Source: Christensenella sp. UBA7862
GTDB taxonomy: Bacteria; Bacillota; Clostridia; Christensenellales; UBA1242
Length of the DNA stretch: 64,000 nucleotides
Assembly: GCA_002500135.1 (NCBI GenBank)
Contig: DLSM01000003.1
Span: forward strand, 12,100 to 76,099
Reading direction: 5' to 3'
The translations under genes were made by a program, and so were the position numbers. Shown piece by piece: positions 29,328 to 39,060 of the stretch; positions within the stretch are counted from its first letter, which is position 1; each line of letters starts with the position of its first letter. The notes below the pieces were generated by a model. The model ran no database searches, was not told the origin of the DNA, and saw nothing but the letters and a program-made list of their open reading frames with translations.

Positions 29328-29410
29328 GGGGCGACAGACAAAACAAAGTTTTGTAGCAAAATCCGAAAGATTTTGCAGAATTTTTCTCTTGGAAAATTCA
29401 CTGTCGCCCC
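29328..29410. other. 83-nt perfect cloverleaf (four-way junction) inverted-repeat element
   Basis: Closing stem GGGGCGACAG (29328..29337) pairs with CTGTCGCCCC (29401..29410). It encloses three perfect hairpins: ACAAAAC-AAA-GTTTTGT; GCAAAATC-CGAAA-GATTTTGC; GAATTTT-(7 nt)-AAAATTC. Single A spacers sit between hairpins. Coordinates checked against the ORF 29314..29640 codon register. Confidence 0.6.
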
Positions 29411-29415
29411 GCAAC

Positions 29416-29445
29416 AAAAAAGATTGCATTTTTGCAACCTTTTTT
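29416..29445. terminator. Bidirectional terminator-like hairpin after trxA
   Basis: A6-GATTGCA-TTTT-TGCAACC-T6, with one mismatch in the stem. Confidence 0.5.
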
Positions 29446-29450
29446 ATATT

Positions 29451-29771
29451 TTACATTTTTGCCTCAATGGCGGAGATTATTTGTGCTTTTTGGCGAAGTC
29501 CAACAAGTCTATCCACTTCTTCCCCGTTTTTGAAGATAATCATTGTAGGCACGCTCATAACGCCAAATTGTTTGGCAATGTCCATACCTTCGTCAATGTC
29601 AAGTTTATATATTTTTGCTTTGTCGCCAAGTTCTTCTTGAGTTGTTTCAAGGATAGGTGCAAGCATTTTGCAAGGTCCGCACCAAGTGGCATAAAAATCC
29701 ACCAAAACAAGGCTCTTTGCGTCTTTTATTGTTTTTTCAAAAGTTTCATTGTTCAAATGTTCAAGTTCCAT
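29451..29771 (-). CDS. trxA: Thioredoxin
   Basis: 106 aa, WCGPCK active site. Confidence 0.95.
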   Translation of the reverse strand: MELEHLNNETFEKTIKDAKSLVLVDFYATWCGPCKMLAPILETTQEELGDKAKIYKLDIDEGMDIAKQFGVMSVPTMIIFKNGEEVDRLVGLRQKAQIISAIEAKM

Positions 29772-29814
29772 TTTCTCTCCCTTTGGTCTTTAAAAGTGTT
29801 CAATTTTCAAAGAA

Positions 29815-29843
29815 ATTCTAGCACTTTACAAAATTTTTGTCAC
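29815..29843 (-). promoter_or_regulatory. trxA promoter
   Basis: Minus strand GTGACA-17 nt-TGcTAGAAT. Confidence 0.5.
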
Positions 29844-29856
29844 GCTAATTTGCCTA

Positions 29857-31167
29857 TTACAAGAAATATTTTCTTAAATCATGTTCCTTATCAAAGTTTT
29901 CAAAGGCTTTTTTGACATACTCTTTGTCAATAACCACTTGTTTTGGCTCGCCACCAGCATTAAAACTTACATCTTCAAGCAAAAGTTCCAAAACTGAATG
30001 AAGTCGTCTTGCCCCCAAGTTTTCGCTTGTTTCATTTTCTTCTTCTGTGTATTTTGCAATTTCTTTCAAGGCGTCTGTCTTAAACACAAGGTCAACTCCG
30101 TCAACTTTCAAAAGTTCCTTATATTGAAGTGTCACCGCATTTTTTGGTTCGGTTAAAATTTTGTAAAACTCTTTTGCAGTCAAGTTGTCAAGGTCAACCC
30201 TAATTGGGAAACGCCCTTGAAGTTCTGGAATAAGGTCTTCCACTTTTGAAACATGGAACGCACCCGCTGCGATAAAGAGAATGTAATCGGTCTTGATTAT
30301 GCCATATTTTGTGTTGACTGTGCAGCCTTCAACAATTGGAAGAATATCCCTTTGAACTCCCTCTCTGCTAACCTCTGGACCATTGCTTCTGCCCGAACTT
30401 CCTGCAATTTTGTCAATTTCGTCAATAAAGATAATGCCCTCTTGTTCAGCACGTCTAACTGCTTCAGATTTAACTGTTTCAATGTCGATAATTTTGTCAC
30501 ATTCTTCTTGATTTAATATTTCTCTTGCTTCACGAATTGTAAGTTTTCTCTTTTTCTTTTTGGTTGGGAAAATCCCGCCCATAAGTTCGCCAAAGTTTAT
30601 TTCCATGCCCGCCCCTGGCATCATTTCAAAAGATTTTGGGGCTTCTGCGACGTCCATTTCGATAAACTCATCATCATATTTGCCGTCTTCAATGCCCTTT
30701 TGAATATGAGTTTTTAGGTCATCTTCATTGGCTGTTGCATCAATAGTTGCTTTTTTTATTGGATAAAGATATTCAAAAAGTCGTTTGTTTACATTTGGAG
30801 CAACCTTTTCCACAACTTCATTATATTTTTCGTCTTTTACAAGGCGGAATGATGCTTCAACAAGGTCACGTACCATGCTTTCAACATCTCTGCCCACATA
30901 GCCCACTTCTGTGTATTTTGTGGCTTCAACCTTTATGAAAGGAGCCTTAACAAGTTTTGCAAGACGTCTTGCAATTTCTGTCTTCCCAACGCCAGTTGGA
31001 CCTTTCATAATGATATTTTTTGGTGTAATTTCCTCTTGCATTTGCTTTGTAAGTCTGCTTCTTCTGTATCTGTTTCTAAGTGCAATGGCAACAGCCTTTT
31101 TTGCATTGTCTTGACCTATAATATATTTGTCAAGTTCGGCAACAATTTCTTTTGGTGTATAGTTCAT
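29857..31167 (-). CDS. hslU: ATP-dependent protease ATPase subunit HslU
   Basis: GPTGVGKTEIARRLA Walker A. 436 aa. Confidence 0.95.
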   Translation of the reverse strand: MNYTPKEIVAELDKYIIGQDNAKKAVAIALRNRYRRSRLTKQMQEEITPKNIIMKGPTGVGKTEIARRLAKLVKAPFIKVEATKYTEVGYVGRDVESMVRDLVEASFRLVKDEKYNEVVEKVAPNVNKRLFEYLYPIKKATIDATANEDDLKTHIQKGIEDGKYDDEFIEMDVAEAPKSFEMMPGAGMEINFGELMGGIFPTKKKKRKLTIREAREILNQEECDKIIDIETVKSEAVRRAEQEGIIFIDEIDKIAGSSGRSNGPEVSREGVQRDILPIVEGCTVNTKYGIIKTDYILFIAAGAFHVSKVEDLIPELQGRFPIRVDLDNLTAKEFYKILTEPKNAVTLQYKELLKVDGVDLVFKTDALKEIAKYTEEENETSENLGARRLHSVLELLLEDVSFNAGGEPKQVVIDKEYVKKAFENFDKEHDLRKYFL

Positions 31168-31704
31168 TTAAACCTCCTCCACAGTTACATGTCCGTTTGT
31201 AAACACACATATATCGCTTGTAATCTTGAGTGCTTTAAGTGCAATTTCTTTGGCACTTAGGTCAGTGTTTTCAATAAGCGCACGAGAGGCTGCAAGAGCA
31301 TAAAACTCGCCACTCCCAATGGCCGCCACCCCATATTCTGGTTCAAAAACATCACCATTTCCAGACACATAAAGCAAGTTGTCTTTATCTGCAACAAGCA
31401 TAAGTGCGTCAAGTTTGCGGACATATTTGTCGTCCCTAAACCCTATTGCAAGTTCCACAGCACTTCGCATAAGATTTCCGCTGAATTTTTGCAAAAGTTC
31501 CTCAAATTTTTGTGACAAACTGAATGCGTCAGACGCACTGCCTGCAAAGCCAATGACGACCTTTCCCCCAAAAATTCTTCTAACCTTTACAGCGTTGTTT
31601 TTGACAATAAACTTTTCGCCAACAGTAACTTGTCCGTCACCGGCTATTGCAGTTTTGCCATTTCTTTTTACAGCCACAATTGTGGTGCTTCTCATTCCTT
31701 CCAT
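31168..31704 (-). CDS. hslV: ATP-dependent protease subunit HslV
   Basis: MEGMRSTTIVAVKRNGKTAIAGDGQVT. Ntn-hydrolase Thr lies behind a short propeptide. Confidence 0.95.
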   Translation of the reverse strand: MEGMRSTTIVAVKRNGKTAIAGDGQVTVGEKFIVKNNAVKVRRIFGGKVVIGFAGSASDAFSLSQKFEELLQKFSGNLMRSAVELAIGFRDDKYVRKLDALMLVADKDNLLYVSGNGDVFEPEYGVAAIGSGEFYALAASRALIENTDLSAKEIALKALKITSDICVFTNGHVTVEEV

Positions 31705-31707
31705 AAT

Positions 31708-33021
31708 TTACTCCTTATCTATAATTTTTACAACATTATCTATTTCTTCAAGTGAACGAGCAACAATCTTTTCTCGCTTTAACTTGTTATCTTTAATCTT
31801 TTCGCCAAGTGGGCTGACAATTCCAAAGTTTGCATTCATTGGTTGAAAATTCTTTTGTGGACAAGTGGTTATAAAGTTTGTAATCGCCCCCATAATTGTA
31901 TTTGACGAAAGAGTTACAAGTGGTTCGTTTTTTAAGTAAAGATAAGCATTTATTCCACTCAGTAACCCACTCATTGTGCTTTCCACATACCCCTCAACCC
32001 CGCTAAGTTGCCCCGCTATAAACAAATCTTCTCTTTTTCTTGTTTGAAATGTGTTTTTCAAAACTTGTGGAGCATTTATGTATGTATTTCGGTGCATAAC
32101 TCCATATTTAACAAACTTTGCATTTTCTAGCCCTGGGATAAGTGAAAACACTCGTTTTTGTTCTGGAAAAAGTAAGTTTGTTTGAAAGCCAACAAGATTG
32201 TATAGCCTTTTATCCTTGTCCTCCGGTCTTAATTGCACAACAGCATAATATTTTTCTCCCGTCATTGGGTTATCCAGACCAATGGGTTTCAATGGTCCAA
32301 ATCTCAGACTATCCTCTCCCCTTTGAGCCATAACTTCAACAGGCATACAACCTTCAAAAATTTCCTTCTTTTCAAAGTTTTTAAGTTCCACTCTCTGTGC
32401 AGAAATAAGTTCTTTATAAAAGTTTAAATATTGCTCTTTGTTCATTGGGCAGTTTATATAATCGCCGTCACCCTTGTCATATCTATCTTTTACATACGCC
32501 TTTGTCATGTCAATGCTATCTCGCTCTACAATAGGGCTTGAAGCGTCATAAAATGACAAGTTGTCTTGCTCCAAAAAGTCCTTTAAATTCTGGCTAAGTT
32601 TTCCCGTTGTAAGTGGCCCCGTTGCGATAATTGTAAGCCCGTTAGGGATACTCTCTATTTCTTCTGTCACAAATTTGATATTTGGCAACTTCTTTATTTC
32701 GCCAGTGACCATTTGCGAAAACTTTTCTCTATCCACAGCCAAAGCATTGCCCGCTGGCACACGACATGCGTTGGCACATCTAAGTATCAAACTATCAAAC
32801 CTTTCCATTTCCGCTTTCAGCAGCCCCGAGGCAGTGGAAATATCCATTGATTTAAGGCTGTTTGAGCAGACAATTTCGGCAAGGTTTTTGTTTGAATGAG
32901 CGGGAGTAAATTTGTTTGGTTTTATGTCATAAAGTGTGACGGATACGCCCCTTTTTGCCAGTTGCCAAGCGGCTTCGCACCCAGCAAGCCCCGCTCCCAC
33001 AATATTTACAGCATTATTCAT
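31708..33021 (-). CDS. trmFO: Folate-dependent tRNA (U54) methyltransferase TrmFO
   Basis: Start at ATG 33021 (MNNAVNIVGAGLAGCEAAWQLA) after AAGGTGA. Overlaps the topA stop by 8 nt. Confidence 0.95.
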   Translation of the reverse strand: MNNAVNIVGAGLAGCEAAWQLAKRGVSVTLYDIKPNKFTPAHSNKNLAEIVCSNSLKSMDISTASGLLKAEMERFDSLILRCANACRVPAGNALAVDREKFSQMVTGEIKKLPNIKFVTEEIESIPNGLTIIATGPLTTGKLSQNLKDFLEQDNLSFYDASSPIVERDSIDMTKAYVKDRYDKGDGDYINCPMNKEQYLNFYKELISAQRVELKNFEKKEIFEGCMPVEVMAQRGEDSLRFGPLKPIGLDNPMTGEKYYAVVQLRPEDKDKRLYNLVGFQTNLLFPEQKRVFSLIPGLENAKFVKYGVMHRNTYINAPQVLKNTFQTRKREDLFIAGQLSGVEGYVESTMSGLLSGINAYLYLKNEPLVTLSSNTIMGAITNFITTCPQKNFQPMNANFGIVSPLGEKIKDNKLKREKIVARSLEEIDNVVKIIDKE

Positions 33022-35125
33022 TTTCACCTTCATTTGTTTTTTCTGGTTGCTTTGTTTCTTTCTTCTCATAATCGCAAGCCTTGTTTGAGCATTTGTAATA
33101 GTTCATAGTTTTGCTTTCTTTTACAGTTAAGAAACTTTTACACTTTGGGCAAGCGATGTTTGTTGGCTTGTCCCAACTTGCAAATTTGCAATCTGGATAG
33201 CCCACACAGCCATAGAAAATCTTTCCGCCATGAGTTCTCCTTTCCACGACGTCTTTGCCGCATTGTGGACATTTACAAACGGGTGGTTTTGGCTGATTTA
33301 GGCTGACGATATTTTTGCATTTTGGATAATTTGGACAAGCGAGGAATTTTGTATATTTCCCTTCTCTCACCACCATTTTTGCCCCGCATTTACTGCAAAC
33401 AACATCACTAACTTCTGGTGCGACTGACATTCTTTTTGACTCTCTATAAGCAAAAATCAATTCTTGCTCAAAGCCTGCGTAGAATTTGGAAATGACATTT
33501 TGCCATGACTCTTCGCCGTCTGCAATTCTATCGAGATCATTTTCCATTTCGGCAGTAAAGGACACATTCATAATATCAGCAAAGTATTTTTCCAAAAACT
33601 CAGTAACAGTTGTCCCAAGTTCAGATGGTTTCAAATACTTCCCGTCTTTAACCATGTAAGTTCTGTTAAGAAGTGTCATAACAGTTGGAGCATAGGTTGC
33701 TGGTCTGCCGATGCCCTTTTCTTCCATTGTCTTAATAAGACTTGCTTCTGTAAATCTTACTGGTGGTTTTGTAAACTTTTGCTCTTTTGTAATCTTATCT
33801 ACATTTAGTTTATCTTTTTCGTTAAGTTTTGGAAGTTTGCTTTCGCCCGAATCGTCTTCTTGTTCCTCAAAAACCTTATATGCCCTAGTCCACCCTGCAA
33901 AAATTGGCGTTCTTCCCGTAGCCTTAAAACCCAAAGCGCCAGCAGAAATTCCGACTGATTGAGAATCATATGTTGCTGGGGTCATTTGACTTGCGACAAA
34001 ACGTTCATAAATAAGTTTGTATAGTTTGTAGTTGTCGGCAGACATATAGGACTTCACAGTCTCTGGCGTTCTATCTAGGCTGATTGGTCTTATTGCTTCG
34101 TGAGCGTCTTGAGCGTTCTTTTTTGCTTTAAAGACATTGTAAGTTTTTGGTGCATAATCTTCGCCATAATGCGATACGATGTATTCTTTTGCTTTTGCTT
34201 GTGCTTCTGGAGAAACACGAGTGGAGTCTGTTCTTATATAAGTTATAAGAGCGGTCTTTCCTTCTGAGCCAAGTTCCACTCCTTCATACAATGCTTGGGC
34301 ACTTTTTGTTGTTTGTGAAATACTCATGCCAATTTTGTTAAGCGCATCTTGTTGCATTGTACTTGTTATAAATGGAGGTGGTGGCGTTGACTTTGTAACA
34401 CTTCTCTTAATTTCTTCCACAATAAATTGTTGCTCTGCAAGATATTTAACAACATTTTCCGCTTGTTCAGCGTTGTCTGGAACAAATTTTTTCCCAAGTT
34501 TTGTGGCAAGGCTTGCCTTAAACTTTGTGCCGTCCTTTTCAAGAAAAGCACAAATTGGCCAATATTCTTGTGGCTTGAAATTTACAATTTCTTTTTCTCT
34601 ATCCACAATCAGTTTCAGTGCCACACTTTGCACACGTCCAGCACTAAGGTTTGGCTTTATTTTTTTGCAAATAATTGGCGAAACCTTGTAGCCCACCAAT
34701 CTATCTAGGACACGTCTTCCTTGTTGAGCATGCACCAAATCCATGTTTATTTTTCGTGGGTTTTGCACAGCCTTATTTACAACAGACTTTGAAATTTCGT
34801 TAAATTCAATTCTGCATGGTTCGCTTTCTGGGATATTTAAAATGTGTTGAATGTGCCAAGAAATAGCCTCTCCTTCTCTATCAGGGTCGGTTGCCAAAAG
34901 CACACAATCTGCTTTTGCTGCTTTGCTTTTCAGTTCTTTTATAATTGTTTCTTTGCCTGGCATAATTTCATATTGTGGCTCAAAATTCTTGGAAACATCA
35001 ACGCCAAGTGTTTTTTCTGGCAAATCACGCACGTGACCTTTTGTGGCAACAACGTCATAGCCTTCGCCAAGATATTTTTTAAGAGTTTCTCTCTTTCCTG
35101 GACCTTCAATAATAACTAACTTCAT
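33014..35125 (-). CDS. topA: DNA topoisomerase I
   Basis: Toprim N-terminus (KLVIIEGPGK). C-terminal CxxC zinc ribbons. Confidence 0.95.
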   Translation of the reverse strand: MKLVIIEGPGKRETLKKYLGEGYDVVATKGHVRDLPEKTLGVDVSKNFEPQYEIMPGKETIIKELKSKAAKADCVLLATDPDREGEAISWHIQHILNIPESEPCRIEFNEISKSVVNKAVQNPRKINMDLVHAQQGRRVLDRLVGYKVSPIICKKIKPNLSAGRVQSVALKLIVDREKEIVNFKPQEYWPICAFLEKDGTKFKASLATKLGKKFVPDNAEQAENVVKYLAEQQFIVEEIKRSVTKSTPPPPFITSTMQQDALNKIGMSISQTTKSAQALYEGVELGSEGKTALITYIRTDSTRVSPEAQAKAKEYIVSHYGEDYAPKTYNVFKAKKNAQDAHEAIRPISLDRTPETVKSYMSADNYKLYKLIYERFVASQMTPATYDSQSVGISAGALGFKATGRTPIFAGWTRAYKVFEEQEDDSGESKLPKLNEKDKLNVDKITKEQKFTKPPVRFTEASLIKTMEEKGIGRPATYAPTVMTLLNRTYMVKDGKYLKPSELGTTVTEFLEKYFADIMNVSFTAEMENDLDRIADGEESWQNVISKFYAGFEQELIFAYRESKRMSVAPEVSDVVCSKCGAKMVVREGKYTKFLACPNYPKCKNIVSLNQPKPPVCKCPQCGKDVVERRTHGGKIFYGCVGYPDCKFASWDKPTNIACPKCKSFLTVKESKTMNYYKCSNKACDYEKKETKQPEKTNEGENE

Positions 35126-35167
35126 TTAAACCTTCTTTAATTATCATTTTGTTTTGCAACTTGCCTA

Positions 35168-36262
35168 TTATTTTAAGAAATACACATTGCCCGCAAGTTT
35201 TTTTATTATTCCACGAATTGTCAGCATTGTCAACAAACTGTTAAGCCTTTTTGTTTCAATGTGCGACAAATCGACAAGTTCTTGAAAAGTCTTTTCGCCC
35301 AAACGCAAAAGTTCAATCACCACTTGCTCATCCATAGACACATTTTCGCAAGTCTTATCTTTTGTCACATCACGCAACTTTCTATCGCCAATTATGTCCC
35401 TTATGTCGCAAACAGCCTTTGCTTGTCCGTTTGAAATCATTCTGTTTGTGCCAACACTTGCAATACTAAACACACTGCCTGGCACGGCAAAAACATCTTT
35501 GCCATAGTCAAGTGCGTAATTCTTGGTGTGCAGCGCTCCAGATTTCTCGCCCGCTTCAACCACCAAAATTCCACTGCTTAGTCCTGCAATAATTCTATTT
35601 CTTATCGGGAACATATATGCTTCTGACCTTCTTAATGGTCTTGTTTCAGAAAGCACAAGTCCGCCAGACTCAACAATTTTCTTTGCAAGGTCTGTGTTTG
35701 TTGCTGGATAAATTTCATCAATTCCGCCCGCCAAAACTGCTATAGTTTGACCATGATAGTTAAGTGCATTTTGATGAGCGTAAGTGTCAACACCGCTTGC
35801 CAAGCCACTTACAATAACATATCCCGCATCAACAAGCCCATGACAAAACTTTTCCGTTGCCATTTTGCCATAACTTGTTATGTGCCTTGTGCCAACAATG
35901 CCAAAGCAATCGTCTTTCATAAGTTTTGGATTGCCCTTGTAGTAGATGACAAATGGTGGGGTGTCAATATTTCTCAAAGACTTTGGATAGTCAATGCTTT
36001 CTATTGTAATTGCCGAAATTCCAAGTGAATTTAGTTTTTCAATAACTTTATCCGCAAACTTTTCTCCCACTTCTCTATACAAAATTTGACTTTCCTCTGG
36101 TGACAAAATCTTCTCTATTTTATCCTTAATTCTCACCACCACTTCCCAGTCCAAAAAGTCGCCTGCGTTTGCAACAAGTTTTAATAGTTTCCCCTTTTTG
36201 GAATATGTGGCAAAGTCAAAGTTATCCAGCCACAATATCGCTTTCTCGTTTCTATCCATCAT
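35168..36262 (-). CDS. dprA: DNA processing protein DprA (Smf)
   Basis: SGLASGVDTYAHQ Rossmann-like core. Position upstream of topA as in Bacillus. Confidence 0.9.
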   Translation of the reverse strand: MMDRNEKAILWLDNFDFATYSKKGKLLKLVANAGDFLDWEVVVRIKDKIEKILSPEESQILYREVGEKFADKVIEKLNSLGISAITIESIDYPKSLRNIDTPPFVIYYKGNPKLMKDDCFGIVGTRHITSYGKMATEKFCHGLVDAGYVIVSGLASGVDTYAHQNALNYHGQTIAVLAGGIDEIYPATNTDLAKKIVESGGLVLSETRPLRRSEAYMFPIRNRIIAGLSSGILVVEAGEKSGALHTKNYALDYGKDVFAVPGSVFSIASVGTNRMISNGQAKAVCDIRDIIGDRKLRDVTKDKTCENVSMDEQVVIELLRLGEKTFQELVDLSHIETKRLNSLLTMLTIRGIIKKLAGNVYFLK

Positions 36263-36412
36263 CTTTCCTTCAATTTCTAAATCTAATCTCTGTATAATCT
36301 TTTTTAAAAATAATAAATCTATCTATTAAATCTATATAAACTTCATTATTTTTGCTAAATTTTTATCAATTTTTGGCACATTTTGCTATATTTTTGGCAC
36401 TTTTTTAACAAA

Positions 36413-37951
36413 TTAAGTCCAATATTTTTCGTCAAGGCTCCTATAATTTATGGCTTCCACCAAGTGGTCTGTTTGGATATTCTCACTGCCGTCAAGGTCG
36501 GCAATGGTTCTTGCCACTTTTAAAATTCTGTTATAAGCCCTTGCTGTAAGTTTTAAACTTTCAAACGCTTGCTCAAGGAGCATATTGCACTCGTCATCCA
36601 GTTTGCAATATTTTTTTATCATTTCTGGTCGCATTTTGCTATTGCTAAAGACGCCAGTGCCAGCAAATCTTTCCAGTTGAATTTTTCTTGCTCTATCCAC
36701 TCGTTCCTTTATATTTTTGGAACATTCCTCATTTGAAACAGTGCTTATGTCGCCATATGTAACACCGTCAACTTCAATATACATATCAATTCTGTCCATC
36801 AAAGGACCGCTTAATTTGCCAAGATATTTATGAATTTGCGAAGGCGAACATTTGCAAGGTTTGGTTGTTGAGCCGTAATTGCCGCATGGGCATGGGTTCA
36901 TACTTGCAATAAGCACAAAGTTTGCAGGATATTCCACCGATTGCATATTTCTTGAAACGGTTATAACGCCGTCTTCAAGAGGTTGTCTTAGGGCTTCTAT
37001 TGTGTGTCTTGGATATTCTGGCATTTCGTCAAGGAACAAAACCCCGTTGTGTGCAAGGCTTATTTCCCCTGGTTTTGCCTTTGCCCCGCCGCCAGTTAAA
37101 GCGACTGTTGTTGCCGTGTGGTGAGGCGACCTAAATGGTCTTTCGGTCAAAATTCCCGTTTTGCTGTCAAGAGTTCCCGCAACGCTGTGAATTTTTGTAA
37201 CTTCCAGTGCTTCTTCAAAGGACATATCTGGAAGAATACTTGGGAACGCCTTTGCGAGCATTGTTTTGCCACTTCCTGGTGGTCCAATTAGAATGACATT
37301 ATGACCGCCCGCTGCTGAGATTTCAAGCGCACGCTTTGCACTTGCTTGCCCTTTAATTAGGGCAAAATCGCCTATTGCCTTTGCTTGTTGTTTTACAAGT
37401 TCATAACTCACATTTTCAACAGGAGCAATTTGCCTTGCACCGCTTAGAAATTCAACGACCTCTTTAAGATTGTGAACAGGATAAACTTCCACCCCTTCAA
37501 TAAAGCCCGCTTCCGCCTTGTTTCCATATGGAATGACAATTTTCTTTATGCCCAAGTTTCTTGCGGTTATCAAAATTGGAAGCACACCTTTAATTTTTCT
37601 TAGACTTCCGTCCAGTGACAATTCACCAATAAAAGACAACTCGTCAAGCACTTCTTTTGCCACTTCAACTTGATTTGTCGCACGCAAAATGCCAACGGAA
37701 ATTGGGAGGTCATAAAGTGAGCCTTCTTTTTTTGTGTCCGCTGGGGCAAGATTTATTGTCACTTTTTCAATAGGGCTTCTGAAGCCTTGATTTTTAATTG
37801 CTGAGATAACCCTTTCCTTGCTTTCCCTAATTGAAGTGTCGGCAAGTCCAACGACATCAATGCCAGGAAGTCCACGAGAAATATCCGTTTCCACCTTTAC
37901 AAGATAGCCGTTAAGTCCAACAAGTCCAAATGAATTTATAATTGATAGCAT
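36413..37951 (-). CDS. comM: YifB/ComM family Mg-chelatase-like AAA+ protein
   Basis: GPPGSGKTMLAKA, Lon-like N-terminal domain, CPCG zinc motif. Confidence 0.9.
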   Translation of the reverse strand: MLSIINSFGLVGLNGYLVKVETDISRGLPGIDVVGLADTSIRESKERVISAIKNQGFRSPIEKVTINLAPADTKKEGSLYDLPISVGILRATNQVEVAKEVLDELSFIGELSLDGSLRKIKGVLPILITARNLGIKKIVIPYGNKAEAGFIEGVEVYPVHNLKEVVEFLSGARQIAPVENVSYELVKQQAKAIGDFALIKGQASAKRALEISAAGGHNVILIGPPGSGKTMLAKAFPSILPDMSFEEALEVTKIHSVAGTLDSKTGILTERPFRSPHHTATTVALTGGGAKAKPGEISLAHNGVLFLDEMPEYPRHTIEALRQPLEDGVITVSRNMQSVEYPANFVLIASMNPCPCGNYGSTTKPCKCSPSQIHKYLGKLSGPLMDRIDMYIEVDGVTYGDISTVSNEECSKNIKERVDRARKIQLERFAGTGVFSNSKMRPEMIKKYCKLDDECNMLLEQAFESLKLTARAYNRILKVARTIADLDGSENIQTDHLVEAINYRSLDEKYWT

Positions 37952-38089
37952 AATTCACCAACCTTAAAAATCTAAACTTTAGTATATAATAAATGTCAAA
38001 TTTGACCAAATGATTTACGCAATAACTGCCAAAATTTTTAAAAATCGTTCAAAATGTGACTTATGTTGTCACAAAAAAAGTGAATGGCA

Positions 38090-38989
38090 TCACTCCAAAA
38101 TGCCATCCACAAATGAAGTTGGGTCAAAAATTTCAAGGTCGTCAATTCCCTCCCCAACGCCAACAAAATACACTGGAACTTTTATTTCTTCTTGAATTGG
38201 GAAAACAATTCCGCCACGGCTTGTGCCGTCAAGTTTTGTAAGAACTATGCCGTCAATGCCAACTGCGTCTTTGAATGCTTGAACTTGGACAAGAGAGTTT
38301 TGACCAATGGTTGCGTCAAGAACAATAAAGTTAAGTTTCATTGCATCTGGGAATTCTCTATTCTCAATTCTTGAAATCTTTTTAAGTTCTTCCATAAGGT
38401 TGACTTTTGTATGAAGTCTGCCCGCTGTGTCAACAATAAGAACATCTGTCTTTTTTGCCTTTGCACTTGCAATGCCGTCATAGACAACGGCAGAAGGGTC
38501 TGCCCCTTCACTGTGCTTAATAATCTTAACACCGGCTCTGTTAGACCATTCGTTAAGTTGTTCGGCAGCGGCGGCTCTGAAAGTATCTCCCGCCACAAGC
38601 GATACACTCTTGCCTTGTTTTTTAAAGAAATTGGCAAGTTTTCCTATGGTTGTAGTTTTTCCAACGCCATTTACGCCAACAATAGTTATTATAAGTGGAT
38701 ATTCAAACTTCTGTGGCTGCGTTTCAAGCAAAATTTCTTTCAGAATTGCCTTAAGTTCCACCCTTGCTTGCTCTTGTTTTACAATATGCTTTTCTCGAAG
38801 TCTATTTTTGAGCGAAGAAATAATTTTTTCTGTTGTTTCCACACCCATATCTGAACTTACAAGTGCAAACTCCAGTTCGTCATAAAAATCTGCGTTTATA
38901 TCGCCACCACGAAAAACACTGTTGAGTTTGGTGATAAGAGCGTCTTTTGTCTTTTTAAGTCCGTTTTTAATTTTGGAGAAAAATCCCAT
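38090..38989 (-). CDS. ftsY: Signal recognition particle receptor FtsY
   Basis: GVNGVGKTTTIGKLA and DTAGR. Confidence 0.95.
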   Translation of the reverse strand: MGFFSKIKNGLKKTKDALITKLNSVFRGGDINADFYDELEFALVSSDMGVETTEKIISSLKNRLREKHIVKQEQARVELKAILKEILLETQPQKFEYPLIITIVGVNGVGKTTTIGKLANFFKKQGKSVSLVAGDTFRAAAAEQLNEWSNRAGVKIIKHSEGADPSAVVYDGIASAKAKKTDVLIVDTAGRLHTKVNLMEELKKISRIENREFPDAMKLNFIVLDATIGQNSLVQVQAFKDAVGIDGIVLTKLDGTSRGGIVFPIQEEIKVPVYFVGVGEGIDDLEIFDPTSFVDGILE

Positions 38990-39030
38990 GTTATGCTTGT
39001 CCTTTTTTGTCGAATTTTGTCATTTTGGCT

Positions 39031-39058
39031 AAAATGCAAGAGGAAAAGTCCCCTTGCA
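39031..39058 (-). terminator. Terminator-like hairpin after smc
   Basis: TGCAAGGGGA-CTTT-TCCTCTTGCA on the minus strand (one mismatch), then TTTT. Confidence 0.5.
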
Positions 39059-39060
39059 CA

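Noticed and set aside
36368-36400. Sigma-54 promoter-like TGGCAC...TTGC, within a direct repeat of ATTTTTGGCAC (x2, 21 nt apart)
   Set aside because: The GG-to-GC spacing is 2 nt too short for the -24/-12 consensus. The motif also points away from any + strand gene, lying just past the 3' end of comM.
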